Assembly (NCBI GenBank): GCA_035622435.1
Contig: DASPVJ010000322.1
Location: 485-32,484 of the forward strand
Direction of reading: 5' to 3'
Length of the DNA: 32,000 nt
Origin: Xanthobacteraceae bacterium
GTDB taxonomy: Bacteria; Pseudomonadota; Alphaproteobacteria; Rhizobiales; Xanthobacteraceae
A program made the translations under genes and the position numbers. The notes under the pieces were generated by a model. That model was not told where the DNA came from. It saw only the letters and a program-made list of their open reading frames with translations, and made no database searches. Shown here piece by piece: positions 1-7,384 of the stretch (within the stretch, counting starts at the first letter, position 1; the number at the start of each line of letters is the position of its first letter).

Positions 1-819
1 GGGCCGGCCGGCCTGTTCCTCGCCAACCTCGCGGTGCTCGCGTTCAGCCAGATGTCGGGCGACGCCTTCTTCACCTGGGGCTGGCGCATTCCGTTCGCGC
101 TGAGCATCATCCTCGTCGGCATCGGCCTGTGGATCCGCCTACGCATCCTGGAAACGCCGGTGTTCCGCAATCTCGTCGCCGAGCGCAAGATCGAGCGGGC
201 GCCGATCGTCGAGGTGTGCCGCCGGCAGCCGGGGACGATCCTGCTCACCGCGCTGGCGCGCATCTCCGAGCAGGCCCCGTTCTACGTCTTCACCGCCTTC
301 ATCTTCGCCTACGGCACCGGGACGCTGCACGTCTCGCGCGACCTTCTGCTCACCGGCGTGCTCGTCGCCACCTGCCTCTCCGCGTTCGCCATTCCCTACA
401 GCGGTTACTTGTCGGACCGGATCGGGCGCAAGCGCATGTACCTCGCCGGCGCCGTCACCATGGCGGTCTTCGGCTTCGTCTATTTCGCCCTCGTCGACAC
501 CGGCTCGCCGGTCCTGATCTTCATCGCGGTGTCGCTCTCGCTCATCGCCCACGACATGCAGTACGGACCGCAGGCGGCGCTGATCGCCGAAAGCTTCACG
601 CCGCGGCTGCGCTACAGCGGCGCCTCGATCGGCTACCAGCTCGCCTCGATCTTCGCCGGCGGCCCGGCGCCGCTGATCGCGACCGCGCTGTTCGCGCAGT
701 ACAAATCGGGCACCCCGATCGCGATCTACATCCTGGCGTGCACGATCGTCTCGATCGTCGCGGTCGCGTTCCTCAAAGACTACACCGGCAAGGACGTCTC
801 GGCCGAATACGACCACTGA
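1..819 (+). CDS. MFS transporter, metabolite:H+ symporter (ProP/KgtP/ShiA-like), C-terminal part; 5' end outside window
   Basis: Frame 1 is open from nt 1 (GPAGLFLANLAVLAF...) to TGA at 817-819. It has multiple hydrophobic spans and the WGWRIPF and DRIGRKR motifs typical of MHS-type MFS permeases. Confidence 0.85.
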   Translation, partial: GPAGLFLANLAVLAFSQMSGDAFFTWGWRIPFALSIILVGIGLWIRLRILETPVFRNLVAERKIERAPIVEVCRRQPGTILLTALARISEQAPFYVFTAFIFAYGTGTLHVSRDLLLTGVLVATCLSAFAIPYSGYLSDRIGRKRMYLAGAVTMAVFGFVYFALVDTGSPVLIFIAVSLSLIAHDMQYGPQAALIAESFTPRLRYSGASIGYQLASIFAGGPAPLIATALFAQYKSGTPIAIYILACTIVSIVAVAFLKDYTGKDVSAEYDH

Positions 820-924
820 GGCGCATCGACCGATCCGGGGCTCTAAGAAAATTGCCGACGCGGCGGAACTTGTCGGCGCGCCGGGCGTTCGCGTGCAGCG
901 TGAGGCCGTTCGGGAGACAGGATC

Positions 925-1188
925 ATGTCCGGGGAATCGCTTCTCGTCATCCTCGTGGTCGGGTTGGCGGCGGGCTGGCTCGCGGGACACTTCGTGCGCG
1001 GGACCGGTTTCGGCATCGTCGCCGACGTCTGCATCGGCATCGTCGGCGCGCTGATCGCCAGCTGGCTGTTTCCCCGACTGGGCGCGCATCTCGGCGGGGG
1101 ATTGCTCGGGCGCATCGTCGCCGCGGCGGTCGGCGCCATCCTGCTGTTGCTGATCCTGCGGCTCGTGCGCGGCCGCGGGCGCTGGTAG
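925..1188 (+). CDS. GlsB/YeaQ/YmgE family stress-response membrane protein (transglycosylase-associated)
   Basis: 87-aa Gly-rich protein with three TM-like segments (LVVGLAAGWLAG..., GFGIVADVCIGIVGALIASWLF). ATG at 925 is preceded by GGGAGA. Confidence 0.85.
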   Translation: MSGESLLVILVVGLAAGWLAGHFVRGTGFGIVADVCIGIVGALIASWLFPRLGAHLGGGLLGRIVAAAVGAILLLLILRLVRGRGRW

Positions 1189-1190
1189 CT

Positions 1191-1300
1191 GGAGCATGAT
1201 GCCGAAAAAGCCTGCCCCGCACTTGATGCGGGGTGGGTACCGGTTTTCGGAAAAACATCATGCTCCAACAATAAGATAAAGCGGGATGGCGAAAGCCATC
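1191..1300. repeat. REP-type palindromic intergenic element (GGAGCATGATGCCGAAAA ... TTTTCGG-AAAAA-CATCATGCTCC plus inner hairpins)
   Basis: 11-bp perfect arms at 1191-1201 and 1256-1266, extended by CCGAAAA/TTTTCGG. Inner hairpins are CCCCGCA/TGCGGGG (1215-1233) and GATGGC-GAAA-GCCATC (1285-1300). It lies between convergent genes. Confidence 0.8.
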
Positions 1301-1305
1301 ACGCT

Positions 1306-1983
1306 TTAGCGATTGGCCGCGGCCAGGGCGGCGATGTCGGTCTTGATCTTCGCCAGCACGTCGGTGAGCGTGCCGGAGTCCTGATAGACCGCGAAGCGGT
1401 AGAACAGGACGGTGCGGTTCTTGACGATAGTGACGGCAAAGATCGTCACTTGCGTCTTGTCGACGCCGGCCTCGGTCCTGATCCGCTGGACCAGCGCGGC
1501 ATAGCACGCCCCGGGCTCCTCGGCGACAACCCCGAGGAAGTTCGTCTGGTTTATCTTGATCTGTTTGAGCGTGCTCTCGACGCGCGCTTTGATGTCCGGC
1601 AGCTGATCGGCGAGGATCTTGTCGCCCTGCGCGTGCAGGGTGGCGCACGTCTGCGCCACCGATTCCGAGGGCGGCTTGTCCATCCCGGCGATGATGGTCT
1701 GGTACTGCGCGTAGTCGTCGAGCAGCTGCCGCCTGCCCGTGCGCCAATCAGTGAGCTGTTGGCAATCGGCCGACATGGCGAGGAGCTTGTTGCCCGATTT
1801 CTCCAGCAGCCCCGAAAGGGTGGTGATCATTTGCTGGTCGGACGGATTGAGATCCGACAGCTCGCAGAATCCCGTCGGCGGCGGGAGATCGACCGGAACG
1901 CCCCCGATCGTGGTCTGCGCCGCCGGCGCGCCCGTTATGGCGGCGGCAAGGAAAAGCGCGGCGACGGTCGGACGGCTCAACAT
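1306..1983 (-). CDS. hypothetical secreted/periplasmic protein (225 aa, signal peptide, 4 Cys)
   Basis: ATG at 1983 sits 7 nt downstream of GGAGG. The N-terminus MLSRPTVAALFLAAAITGAPAAQ looks like a Sec signal. The remainder is a balanced soluble sequence and I recognise no family. The 559-aa track ORF is an upstream extension overlapping the HlyD-like gene. Confidence 0.7.
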   Translation of the reverse strand: MLSRPTVAALFLAAAITGAPAAQTTIGGVPVDLPPPTGFCELSDLNPSDQQMITTLSGLLEKSGNKLLAMSADCQQLTDWRTGRRQLLDDYAQYQTIIAGMDKPPSESVAQTCATLHAQGDKILADQLPDIKARVESTLKQIKINQTNFLGVVAEEPGACYAALVQRIRTEAGVDKTQVTIFAVTIVKNRTVLFYRFAVYQDSGTLTDVLAKIKTDIAALAAANR

Positions 1984-2039
1984 GGCGATACCTCCCATGG
2001 CCAACGCGGCGGAACCGCTCCGCCCGCAGATGTCACGGC

Positions 2040-3035
2040 TCACGCCTTCGGGCAAGCGGCAAATTTCACCAGCACGCGAAGCCCGATCGGCCAGTTGGGC
2101 GCGTCGCCGGCGAGCGCAAGGACCACGCCGCGCACCGTATCGCCTTCCCGCTCGCTGCCGTCCGCGCGCAACGTGCGCCGCGTCAGCTCGGCAGCGAGGC
2201 GCTCGGACGTCGCCGCCGCCTGCACGCCGGGAAAGGCGTCGGCGGTGACGACCGCGTGCTGGGCGAGGCACAGCTTGCCGAGATCGCGTTCGTCGACTTC
2301 GGCGCGCACGCGCCGCGTGCGCTCGTCCATCACGGTCAACAACGCGGTCGGAATGGCGGTGCTGATGAACTGGCCGGGCGCGGCGTGGACGGCGAGTACG
2401 ACGGCGTCGACCGGGGCGCGCACGGCGCAATAATCGAGGTTCACGGCGGCCTGATCGCGCTGCGCCTGCGCCATGTCGCGGCGCGCGCGCGCCTCGGCGA
2501 TGTCCTCCTGGCGGGAGCCGGCCTTGAGCAGGGCCAGGCGGGCGCGCGCCTCCTCGAGCAGCGCCGTCGCCATGCGGGCGTCGCGCTTGGCCTGGTCGAC
2601 CTGCGCCTTGGTGATCGTCACCCCTTCGACCAGCGCGGTCGCCCGGCGCAGCGAAATGCCCGCCTCTTCCGCGCGCGCCTCCGCCAAGCCGACGTTGGCG
2701 ATGCCGATGCCGATCTCCTCCGGGCGCGGGCCGTTGACCGTGCGCGCCAGCGCCGCCTCGGCGGCGCCCAGGAACCCCTTGCGCGCGTCGAGCTCCTTTT
2801 CCAGGTTCTCGCAGGAAATCCGCGCCAGCAATTGGCCGGCGGCGACGCGTTCGCCTTCGTGCACGAGCACCTCGGCGACGACGCCGCTTACCGCGGCGCC
2901 GATCGGCATGCGCTCGCCCCCTTCGAGGCGGCCCGGCGCGGCGACCACGACCTTGTCGCCGACCTGCGCCGAGGTCGCCTCGCACCCCGCGCAGCCGATC
3001 GCCGCGAGCAGGATGAGGAACAGGTTCCGCGGCAT
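2040..3035 (-). CDS. HlyD-family membrane-fusion (periplasmic adaptor) protein, probable lipoprotein
   Basis: MPRNLFLILLAAIGCAGC has a lipobox-like signal. Barrel-sandwich segments (GVVAEVLVHEGERVAAGQLLARI; VRAPVDAVVLAVHAAPGQF) flank a long Ala/Arg/Glu coiled-coil hairpin, as in HlyD/EmrA/MacA adaptors. Confidence 0.85.
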   Translation of the reverse strand: MPRNLFLILLAAIGCAGCEATSAQVGDKVVVAAPGRLEGGERMPIGAAVSGVVAEVLVHEGERVAAGQLLARISCENLEKELDARKGFLGAAEAALARTVNGPRPEEIGIGIANVGLAEARAEEAGISLRRATALVEGVTITKAQVDQAKRDARMATALLEEARARLALLKAGSRQEDIAEARARRDMAQAQRDQAAVNLDYCAVRAPVDAVVLAVHAAPGQFISTAIPTALLTVMDERTRRVRAEVDERDLGKLCLAQHAVVTADAFPGVQAAATSERLAAELTRRTLRADGSEREGDTVRGVVLALAGDAPNWPIGLRVLVKFAACPKA

Positions 3036-3256
3036 CGCGCGTCTCCGTCCGTTCGGCGGTCGCCCTCGGCGCAATTGCTATCCTACCGCTCGGCGATGCG
3101 AAAGCCGTTCAGGTCCCGATGGCGCCTGCGTAATTGCGGCTTGCCGCACGCCCGACAAGCCGGCATCATTGGAAGAGAAGCGCGTCCGCGTCACAACGGT
3201 GCGTTGTCCAGCCGATGGACCGTCCCGCGTCCGCGATGCCGCAAGGGAGTACCCGC

Positions 3257-3967
3257 ATGCCCAAGCGCAATGCCGCAGCCGTCTTCAACCGCGCGAAGGC
3301 CCCGACCATCGCCTGCATCGACTTGGCGCAGACCCCGCTGGGGGTCGACCTCGGCAGGCTCGTTCGCGCGCTACAGAAATTCGTCGACGACCACTTTGCC
3401 CCGGTTTGGGGAACGCCGGCGAAGCTCGTCAAGGCAACCCATCCGCCGCGCGGCGCCTGGGTCCTGGTCTTTCTCGAGAGCGCGGACCCGCGCCACGCCA
3501 AAGCCTTCGGCTACCACAAGCCGTTCTTCGGCGCGTATGGCTATCCGGTCGCCAAGGTGTTCGTGCGGTCGATCCGCGAGAATGAGGAATCGGTCAGCCT
3601 GGTGGCGAGCCACGAGCTCGCCGAAATGCTGGTCGATCCGGGCGGAAATCTGTGGTCCCCCGACCGCAGCAAGAAAATTTTCTACGCCTATGAGGTTTGC
3701 GACGCGGTGGAGGAGGAAAAATTCAAGATCGACGGCCTGGAAATGAGCGACTTCGTCTATCCGGCCTATTACGAGGCGTTCCGCAAGCGCAAGTCGGTGC
3801 AATTCGATCATCTCAAGAAAATAACGCGGCCATTCCAGGTACTCACAGGCGGCTACGCCATAGCGCGCAAGCGCGGCAAGGTGATTACCATCCACGGCAG
3901 CAAGGCGAAGCGGCGGCGCTTCGCCAAGGAGGATCGCCGCCAGCACCGCACCGAAGCCATGCGGTAG
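3257..3967 (+). CDS. hypothetical protein (236 aa), acidic core with strongly basic C-terminal tail
   Basis: ATG at 3257 is preceded by GGGAG. Coding looks coherent, but I recognise no family. It contains SHELAEMLVDP and the tail KAKRRRFAKEDRRQHR. The 3' half is about 52% GC by hand count of lines 3661-3840. Confidence 0.65.
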   Translation: MPKRNAAAVFNRAKAPTIACIDLAQTPLGVDLGRLVRALQKFVDDHFAPVWGTPAKLVKATHPPRGAWVLVFLESADPRHAKAFGYHKPFFGAYGYPVAKVFVRSIRENEESVSLVASHELAEMLVDPGGNLWSPDRSKKIFYAYEVCDAVEEEKFKIDGLEMSDFVYPAYYEAFRKRKSVQFDHLKKITRPFQVLTGGYAIARKRGKVITIHGSKAKRRRFAKEDRRQHRTEAMR

Positions 3968-3974
3968 TTTCCGA

Positions 3975-4382
3975 TCATATCATACGGAACCCATGCAGGG
4001 TCAGGTCGGCGTCGACGTCGGTGAACGCGACCTCGACCCGCTGGCCGATGGCGATCGGCCGGTCGCCGGCATCGACGATACGCGAGGTCAGGCGCGGGCC
4101 TTCGTCCAATTCGACCTGCACGACGAGGTAGGGCGTCTCGTCGGCAAACGCCGGGAACCAGGCCTTGTGGACCTTGGTCCAGGTGCTCACCCGCCCGCGG
4201 CACGACGCCGGCCGCCAGGCGATATCGTCGGCAAAGCAGAACGGGCAGACCGGCCCGGGCGGCAGGTGCGCCTTGCCGCAGGCGCGGCAGGTCGGCAGCA
4301 GCAGGCGATGCGCGCGGCAGCCCTGCCAGAACGGCGCGTTGTCCGGGCCGACGCGCGGGCGCGGTTTGGCATGAGTGGTCAT
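3975..4382 (-). CDS. Zn-ribbon/OB-fold protein (DUF35 family), thiolase-associated
   Basis: CxxC...CxxC rubredoxin-like ribbon (CRACGKAHLPPGPVCPFC) is followed by an OB-fold-like C-terminus. It lies downstream of an SCP-x-type thiolase, the usual pairing. ATG at 4382 follows AAGGA. Confidence 0.85.
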   Translation of the reverse strand: MTTHAKPRPRVGPDNAPFWQGCRAHRLLLPTCRACGKAHLPPGPVCPFCFADDIAWRPASCRGRVSTWTKVHKAWFPAFADETPYLVVQVELDEGPRLTSRIVDAGDRPIAIGQRVEVAFTDVDADLTLHGFRMI

Positions 4383-4402
4383 GGCACCGTCCTTTCGTGA
4401 TC

Positions 4403-4530
4403 GTCATTGCGAGCGAAGCGAAGCAATCCATTTTGTAGGGCGCAATAGGCCGGAGGCCGTATTGCGCCGGACGCAAGGCGGCGCAATACGCTTCCCCCCG
4501 CTTCGCGGGGGCAAGGCTATTGCGCCCTAC
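4403..4530. repeat. REP-type multi-hairpin element (GTCATTGCGAGCGAAGCGAAGCAATCC family)
   Basis: Arms GTAGGGCGCAATAG (4434-4447) / CTATTGCGCCCTAC (4517-4530). Inner arms CGTATTGCGCC (4458-4468) / GGCGCAATACG (4480-4490), plus a CCCCCCGCTTCGCGGGGG hairpin. The CATTGCGAGCGAAGCGAAGCAATCC motif is a common Rhizobiales repeat. Confidence 0.8.
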
Positions 4531-4537
4531 CATTCGC

Positions 4538-5701
4538 TCACCCCGTCAAAATCACCGCGTCGCCCCAGGCGGTACCCCAGTGCAGGACGTTGGCGCCCGG
4601 AATCTGCGTCGCCCCCGCGGTGCCGCGCAATTGCCGCACCATTTCGCATATCGAGTTCCAGCCGGCGAGGTGGGCTTCCGACAACAGCCCGCCCGACGTG
4701 TTGACCGGCAGCGCGCCGCCGATTTCGATGCGCCCGTCCTGCACCCACGCCGCCGCCTCGCCCGCGCCGCAGTAGCCGAACCGTTCGAGCGCGAACAGCA
4801 CGAGCGGCGAGAACGCGTCGTAGGTGTAGAAGCCGTGCACGTCGTCGCGCTTGACGCCGGCGCGCGCGAAGACTTCGAGGTCGACCGGCCGCGCTCCCGC
4901 CGGCGCCGCCGTCTGCTGATTGATGCCGAGCCCGCGCGGGGCGAAAATGAACTCGTCGCGGCCGGCGCGGGTGCCCTGCATGCCGGCGATGCGCACCGGC
5001 TTTTGCTTGAGGTCGCGGGCGCGTTCGCCGCGCGCGATGAGCACCACCGCGGCGCCGTCGCTGATCAGACAACAGTCGAACAGCCGCAGCGGGTCGACCA
5101 CCATGCGCGCGGCCTGGTGCGCCGCGAGCGTGAGCGGCTCGCGCATGATCGCCCGCGGGTTCATGCACGCATGCTTGCGCATGGCGATCGGCACCGCGGC
5201 GAGCTCGTCGCCGGTGGCGCCATAAAGGTGCATGTAGCGCTGCATGGCGATGGCCGCGCCGCCGGCCGGCGCGGTGAGGCCGAAGGGCGGCGCTTCCCCG
5301 TGGGTGCCGCCTTCCTCGCGGTTGCCCTCGACGTCGCCGGGGCCGCCGAGGAAGCCGCGCTCGCGGGTGAAGCTCACCGCGGTCACGCAGGCGACCACGT
5401 CGGCGAGCCCGGCGGACACCGCGAGCGCTGCGTGCTGCAGCGCGTTGGTGACGAAGCGGCCGTGCAGCCACGACTGGTTGACGTAGCGGATGTTAAGCCC
5501 GAACGCCTCGGCGATGCGGTCGTAGTCGGGCCCGAGCGGCCAGCCGAGATGGATCGACAGGCCGTCGACGTCGGCGCGCTCCAAGCCGGCGTCGGCGAGC
5601 GCGGCCTTGAACGCGATCGCCGCGAGGGCGAGCTGACTCTCGGCGAGCCCGCGCCCGAACCGGCTGCACCCGATGCCGACGATGGCCGCGTCGAGAGTCA
5701 T
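4538..5701 (-). CDS. thiolase-family protein (SCP-x / lipid-transfer type acetyl-CoA acetyltransferase-like)
   Basis: 387 aa. N-terminal AIVGIGCSRFG and C-terminal NTSGGLLSEAHLAGWN resemble SCP2-type thiolases. ATG at 5701 follows GAAGG. Confidence 0.9.
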   Translation of the reverse strand: MTLDAAIVGIGCSRFGRGLAESQLALAAIAFKAALADAGLERADVDGLSIHLGWPLGPDYDRIAEAFGLNIRYVNQSWLHGRFVTNALQHAALAVSAGLADVVACVTAVSFTRERGFLGGPGDVEGNREEGGTHGEAPPFGLTAPAGGAAIAMQRYMHLYGATGDELAAVPIAMRKHACMNPRAIMREPLTLAAHQAARMVVDPLRLFDCCLISDGAAVVLIARGERARDLKQKPVRIAGMQGTRAGRDEFIFAPRGLGINQQTAAPAGARPVDLEVFARAGVKRDDVHGFYTYDAFSPLVLFALERFGYCGAGEAAAWVQDGRIEIGGALPVNTSGGLLSEAHLAGWNSICEMVRQLRGTAGATQIPGANVLHWGTAWGDAVILTG

Positions 5702-5719
5702 GGCGCGCCTTCTTTCTTA

Positions 5720-5889
5720 TCCCTCCCCCTTGTGGGGAGGTTCGCCCGCAGGAGCGGAGCGAAGGCGGGCGGGGTGGGGGTGCCTCAGATGACGAGCGAC
5801 GGACGAGATGCCCGCCGCCCGTTCTCGCCTTTCTCAATCACCCCCACCCCGCTCCGCCCGCTTTGCGGGCGTCGCGACCCTCGCCACAA
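5720..5889. repeat. REP-type element (CCCTCCCCCTTGTGGGGAGG ... GGGGTGGGGGTG / CACCCCCACCCC ...)
   Basis: Inverted segments GCGGGCGGGGTGGGGGTG (about 5765-5782) and CACCCCCACCCCGCTCCGCCCGC (about 5840-5862). A CCCTCCCCCTTGTGGGGAGG hairpin lies at 5722-5741. The right edge is interrupted by the IS element. Confidence 0.7.
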
Positions 5890-5967
5890 GGGCGATTATC
5901 CCGGACTTGACTTAGGTAGCACAGTATTCTACCGAAGTCTCGACAGGCCGGCCCCTTACCACAGTAC

Positions 5968-6180
5968 CTACCCGATCAACTCGGCCGGCTCGACCCGCAG
6001 CGCGCGGGCCAGCCGGCCAAGCACCACGACCGTTGCCGCAGTAGAACCGCGCTCAATCGAGCCGAGATAGCGCACGCTTATGTCCGCCCGATCCGCCAGC
6101 TCCTCTTGCGTCAGCTTCCTTTCGAGGCGCAAACGCCGCACGTTCGCCGCCATTGCCCGCTTCAAATCCATGGCGGCCAT
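5968..6180 (-). CDS. XRE-family helix-turn-helix transcriptional regulator (about 67-70 aa; IS cargo)
   Basis: MAAMDLKRAMAANVRRLRLERKLTQEELADRADISVRYLGSIERG... is a canonical Cro/C1-type HTH. ATGs occur at 6180 and 6171. The 142-aa TTG-initiated track ORF adds an implausible N-terminal extension. Confidence 0.8.
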   Translation of the reverse strand: MAAMDLKRAMAANVRRLRLERKLTQEELADRADISVRYLGSIERGSTAATVVVLGRLARALRVEPAELIG

Positions 6181-6237
6181 CGGCAGCACGACAGGAACAA
6201 TATTGCCAGGAAGTATACTGCCGACTAGGCTGACGAC

Positions 6238-6528
6238 ATGGACAATCCGCTTGTTGCCATCGTCGGGACCGTCGAAGTCGTCGGGGCGGTTGAACTCGAC
6301 ATCGACGACACGACCTACAGCCACGTCGTCATCCGCGACCGCCGTGGCGAGTTGCGATGCTTCGCAACGGTTCGCGCGGTGCCGGGCATCTCTCAATTGG
6401 TTGAGTCGGAGGCTATCGGGCTGTTTGTCTTTTCAGAAGGGACGGCAGAATGCCGGCTTTGGTGCGTGGTGTGTGAGGATGGCCGTCAGGCGGTGGATTT
6501 CGGGGCGCTGCGGGCACTGGCGACTTAG
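6238..6528 (+). CDS. hypothetical small protein (96 aa; IS cargo), divergent from the XRE gene
   Basis: ATG at 6238. By eye most codons end in G/C, more than in the overlapping antisense frame. I recognise no family and see no clear SD. Confidence 0.45.
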   Translation: MDNPLVAIVGTVEVVGAVELDIDDTTYSHVVIRDRRGELRCFATVRAVPGISQLVESEAIGLFVFSEGTAECRLWCVVCEDGRQAVDFGALRALAT

Positions 6529-6541
6529 GGCTCTCCCGGCT

Positions 6542-7384
6542 CTAAGTGTTCTTGCTGTAGTCGGGATGGTCGAAAGCGCTCAGGCGACCGTCCTTGTCTC
6601 GCCGAAAAATGAATCTGTGTTCGTGTTCCGTGCCGAAGATGTCATTGTAAATTATTCGACCATAAAACCAGAAATAGGTGTGACGGCGGATGATGCTTTC
6701 AGCGTCACGCACGCTCATGCTGGTTGCTTCGCAGGACAATTGCCAAGTCTCCTTATCGGGATCAATGACGCGATCCCGCTCTGTGGGGAGTCCTACGACG
6801 GGCAGATTTCCGGTCAAACAGGCATCCCATGGCGGCGGGGCGGCCCAGTAGGAGAAATCGCGGCAAATAGCTTTCAGGATGGCTGGCGTCTTGCCGTGGT
6901 TTTTGAAGTAGAATCCGACGGTGATTGGAACGGATGGAACAGCATCTTTTTGCAGTCCCTTGCCGGTGATCTCCCGGATGGCGTCCGTCACATTGTCACT
7001 CGCGATCTCGGCGAACATATGCGCCCGCTCGGATTGGGTCAACGCGATAGCGGAATCGTGGGCGGCCAAAGCAGCGACACGGGTTGCGGAAGCAAGCTTA
7101 ACCGTGAAAACGCCGAGAATTGTCGTAAACAGGGCGATGACTACGGTCGAAATAGCGGTGATGGCAGCGTTGTTTTTGTCAACGAAGTCACCAAGGCAAC
7201 CGATGATGAGGCGCATCACGAGGATTTGGGGCGTACGCTCATCTTTGGATTTGCCGCCTGGTTGTGCTTCACTCTTGCTTATGCACTCGTGATAAGATGA
7301 TGATTGGACTACGACAAAACCGAGACATGCGGCACCGATCAAGAGTAGAGCCGCAATTCCTGCTATGCGCGCTGCTTTCAGCAT
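6542..7384 (-). CDS. hypothetical membrane protein (280 aa, two N-terminal TM helices plus soluble C-terminal domain; IS cargo)
   Basis: ATG at 7384-7382 overlaps the transposase stop (ATGCTGA). The TM helices are IAGIAALLLIGAACLGFVVV and AAITAISTVVIALFTTILGVFTV. The C-terminal roughly 180 aa is a mixed soluble domain with no family recognised. Track ORF residues upstream of this Met overlap the transposase. Confidence 0.7.
   Translation of the reverse strand: MLKAARIAGIAALLLIGAACLGFVVVQSSSYHECISKSEAQPGGKSKDERTPQILVMRLIIGCLGDFVDKNNAAITAISTVVIALFTTILGVFTVKLASATRVAALAAHDSAIALTQSERAHMFAEIASDNVTDAIREITGKGLQKDAVPSVPITVGFYFKNHGKTPAILKAICRDFSYWAAPPPWDACLTGNLPVVGLPTERDRVIDPDKETWQLSCEATSMSVRDAESIIRRHTYFWFYGRIIYNDIFGTEHEHRFIFRRDKDGRLSAFDHPDYSKNT

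Noticed and set aside
1306-2985. 559-aa minus-strand ORF in the track
   Set aside because: Its N-terminal 330 aa is an Arg/Gly-rich alternative frame of the HlyD-like gene. The real gene starts at the GGAGG-preceded ATG at 1983.
3590-3640. HELAE in the 236-aa protein considered as a zincin HExxH metalloprotease motif
   Set aside because: The fifth residue is Glu, not His, so the canonical HExxH is not met. I note it only as a possible metal-binding patch and make no protease call.
5968-6396. 142-aa version of the XRE protein
   Set aside because: It starts at a TTG and adds a 75-aa N-terminal extension ahead of an HTH that is normally N-terminal. The extension overlaps the better-coding plus-strand ORF, so the gene was trimmed to 5968-6180.
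6080-7300. 406-aa plus-strand ORF spanning the IS cargo region
   Set aside because: It runs antisense to both the XRE gene and the 2-TM protein gene. Its N-terminus is Ser/Arg-rich junk, whereas the minus-strand products have a clean HTH and TM helices. Only the separate 96-aa plus-strand ORF (6238-6528, in another frame) was retained, as tentative.
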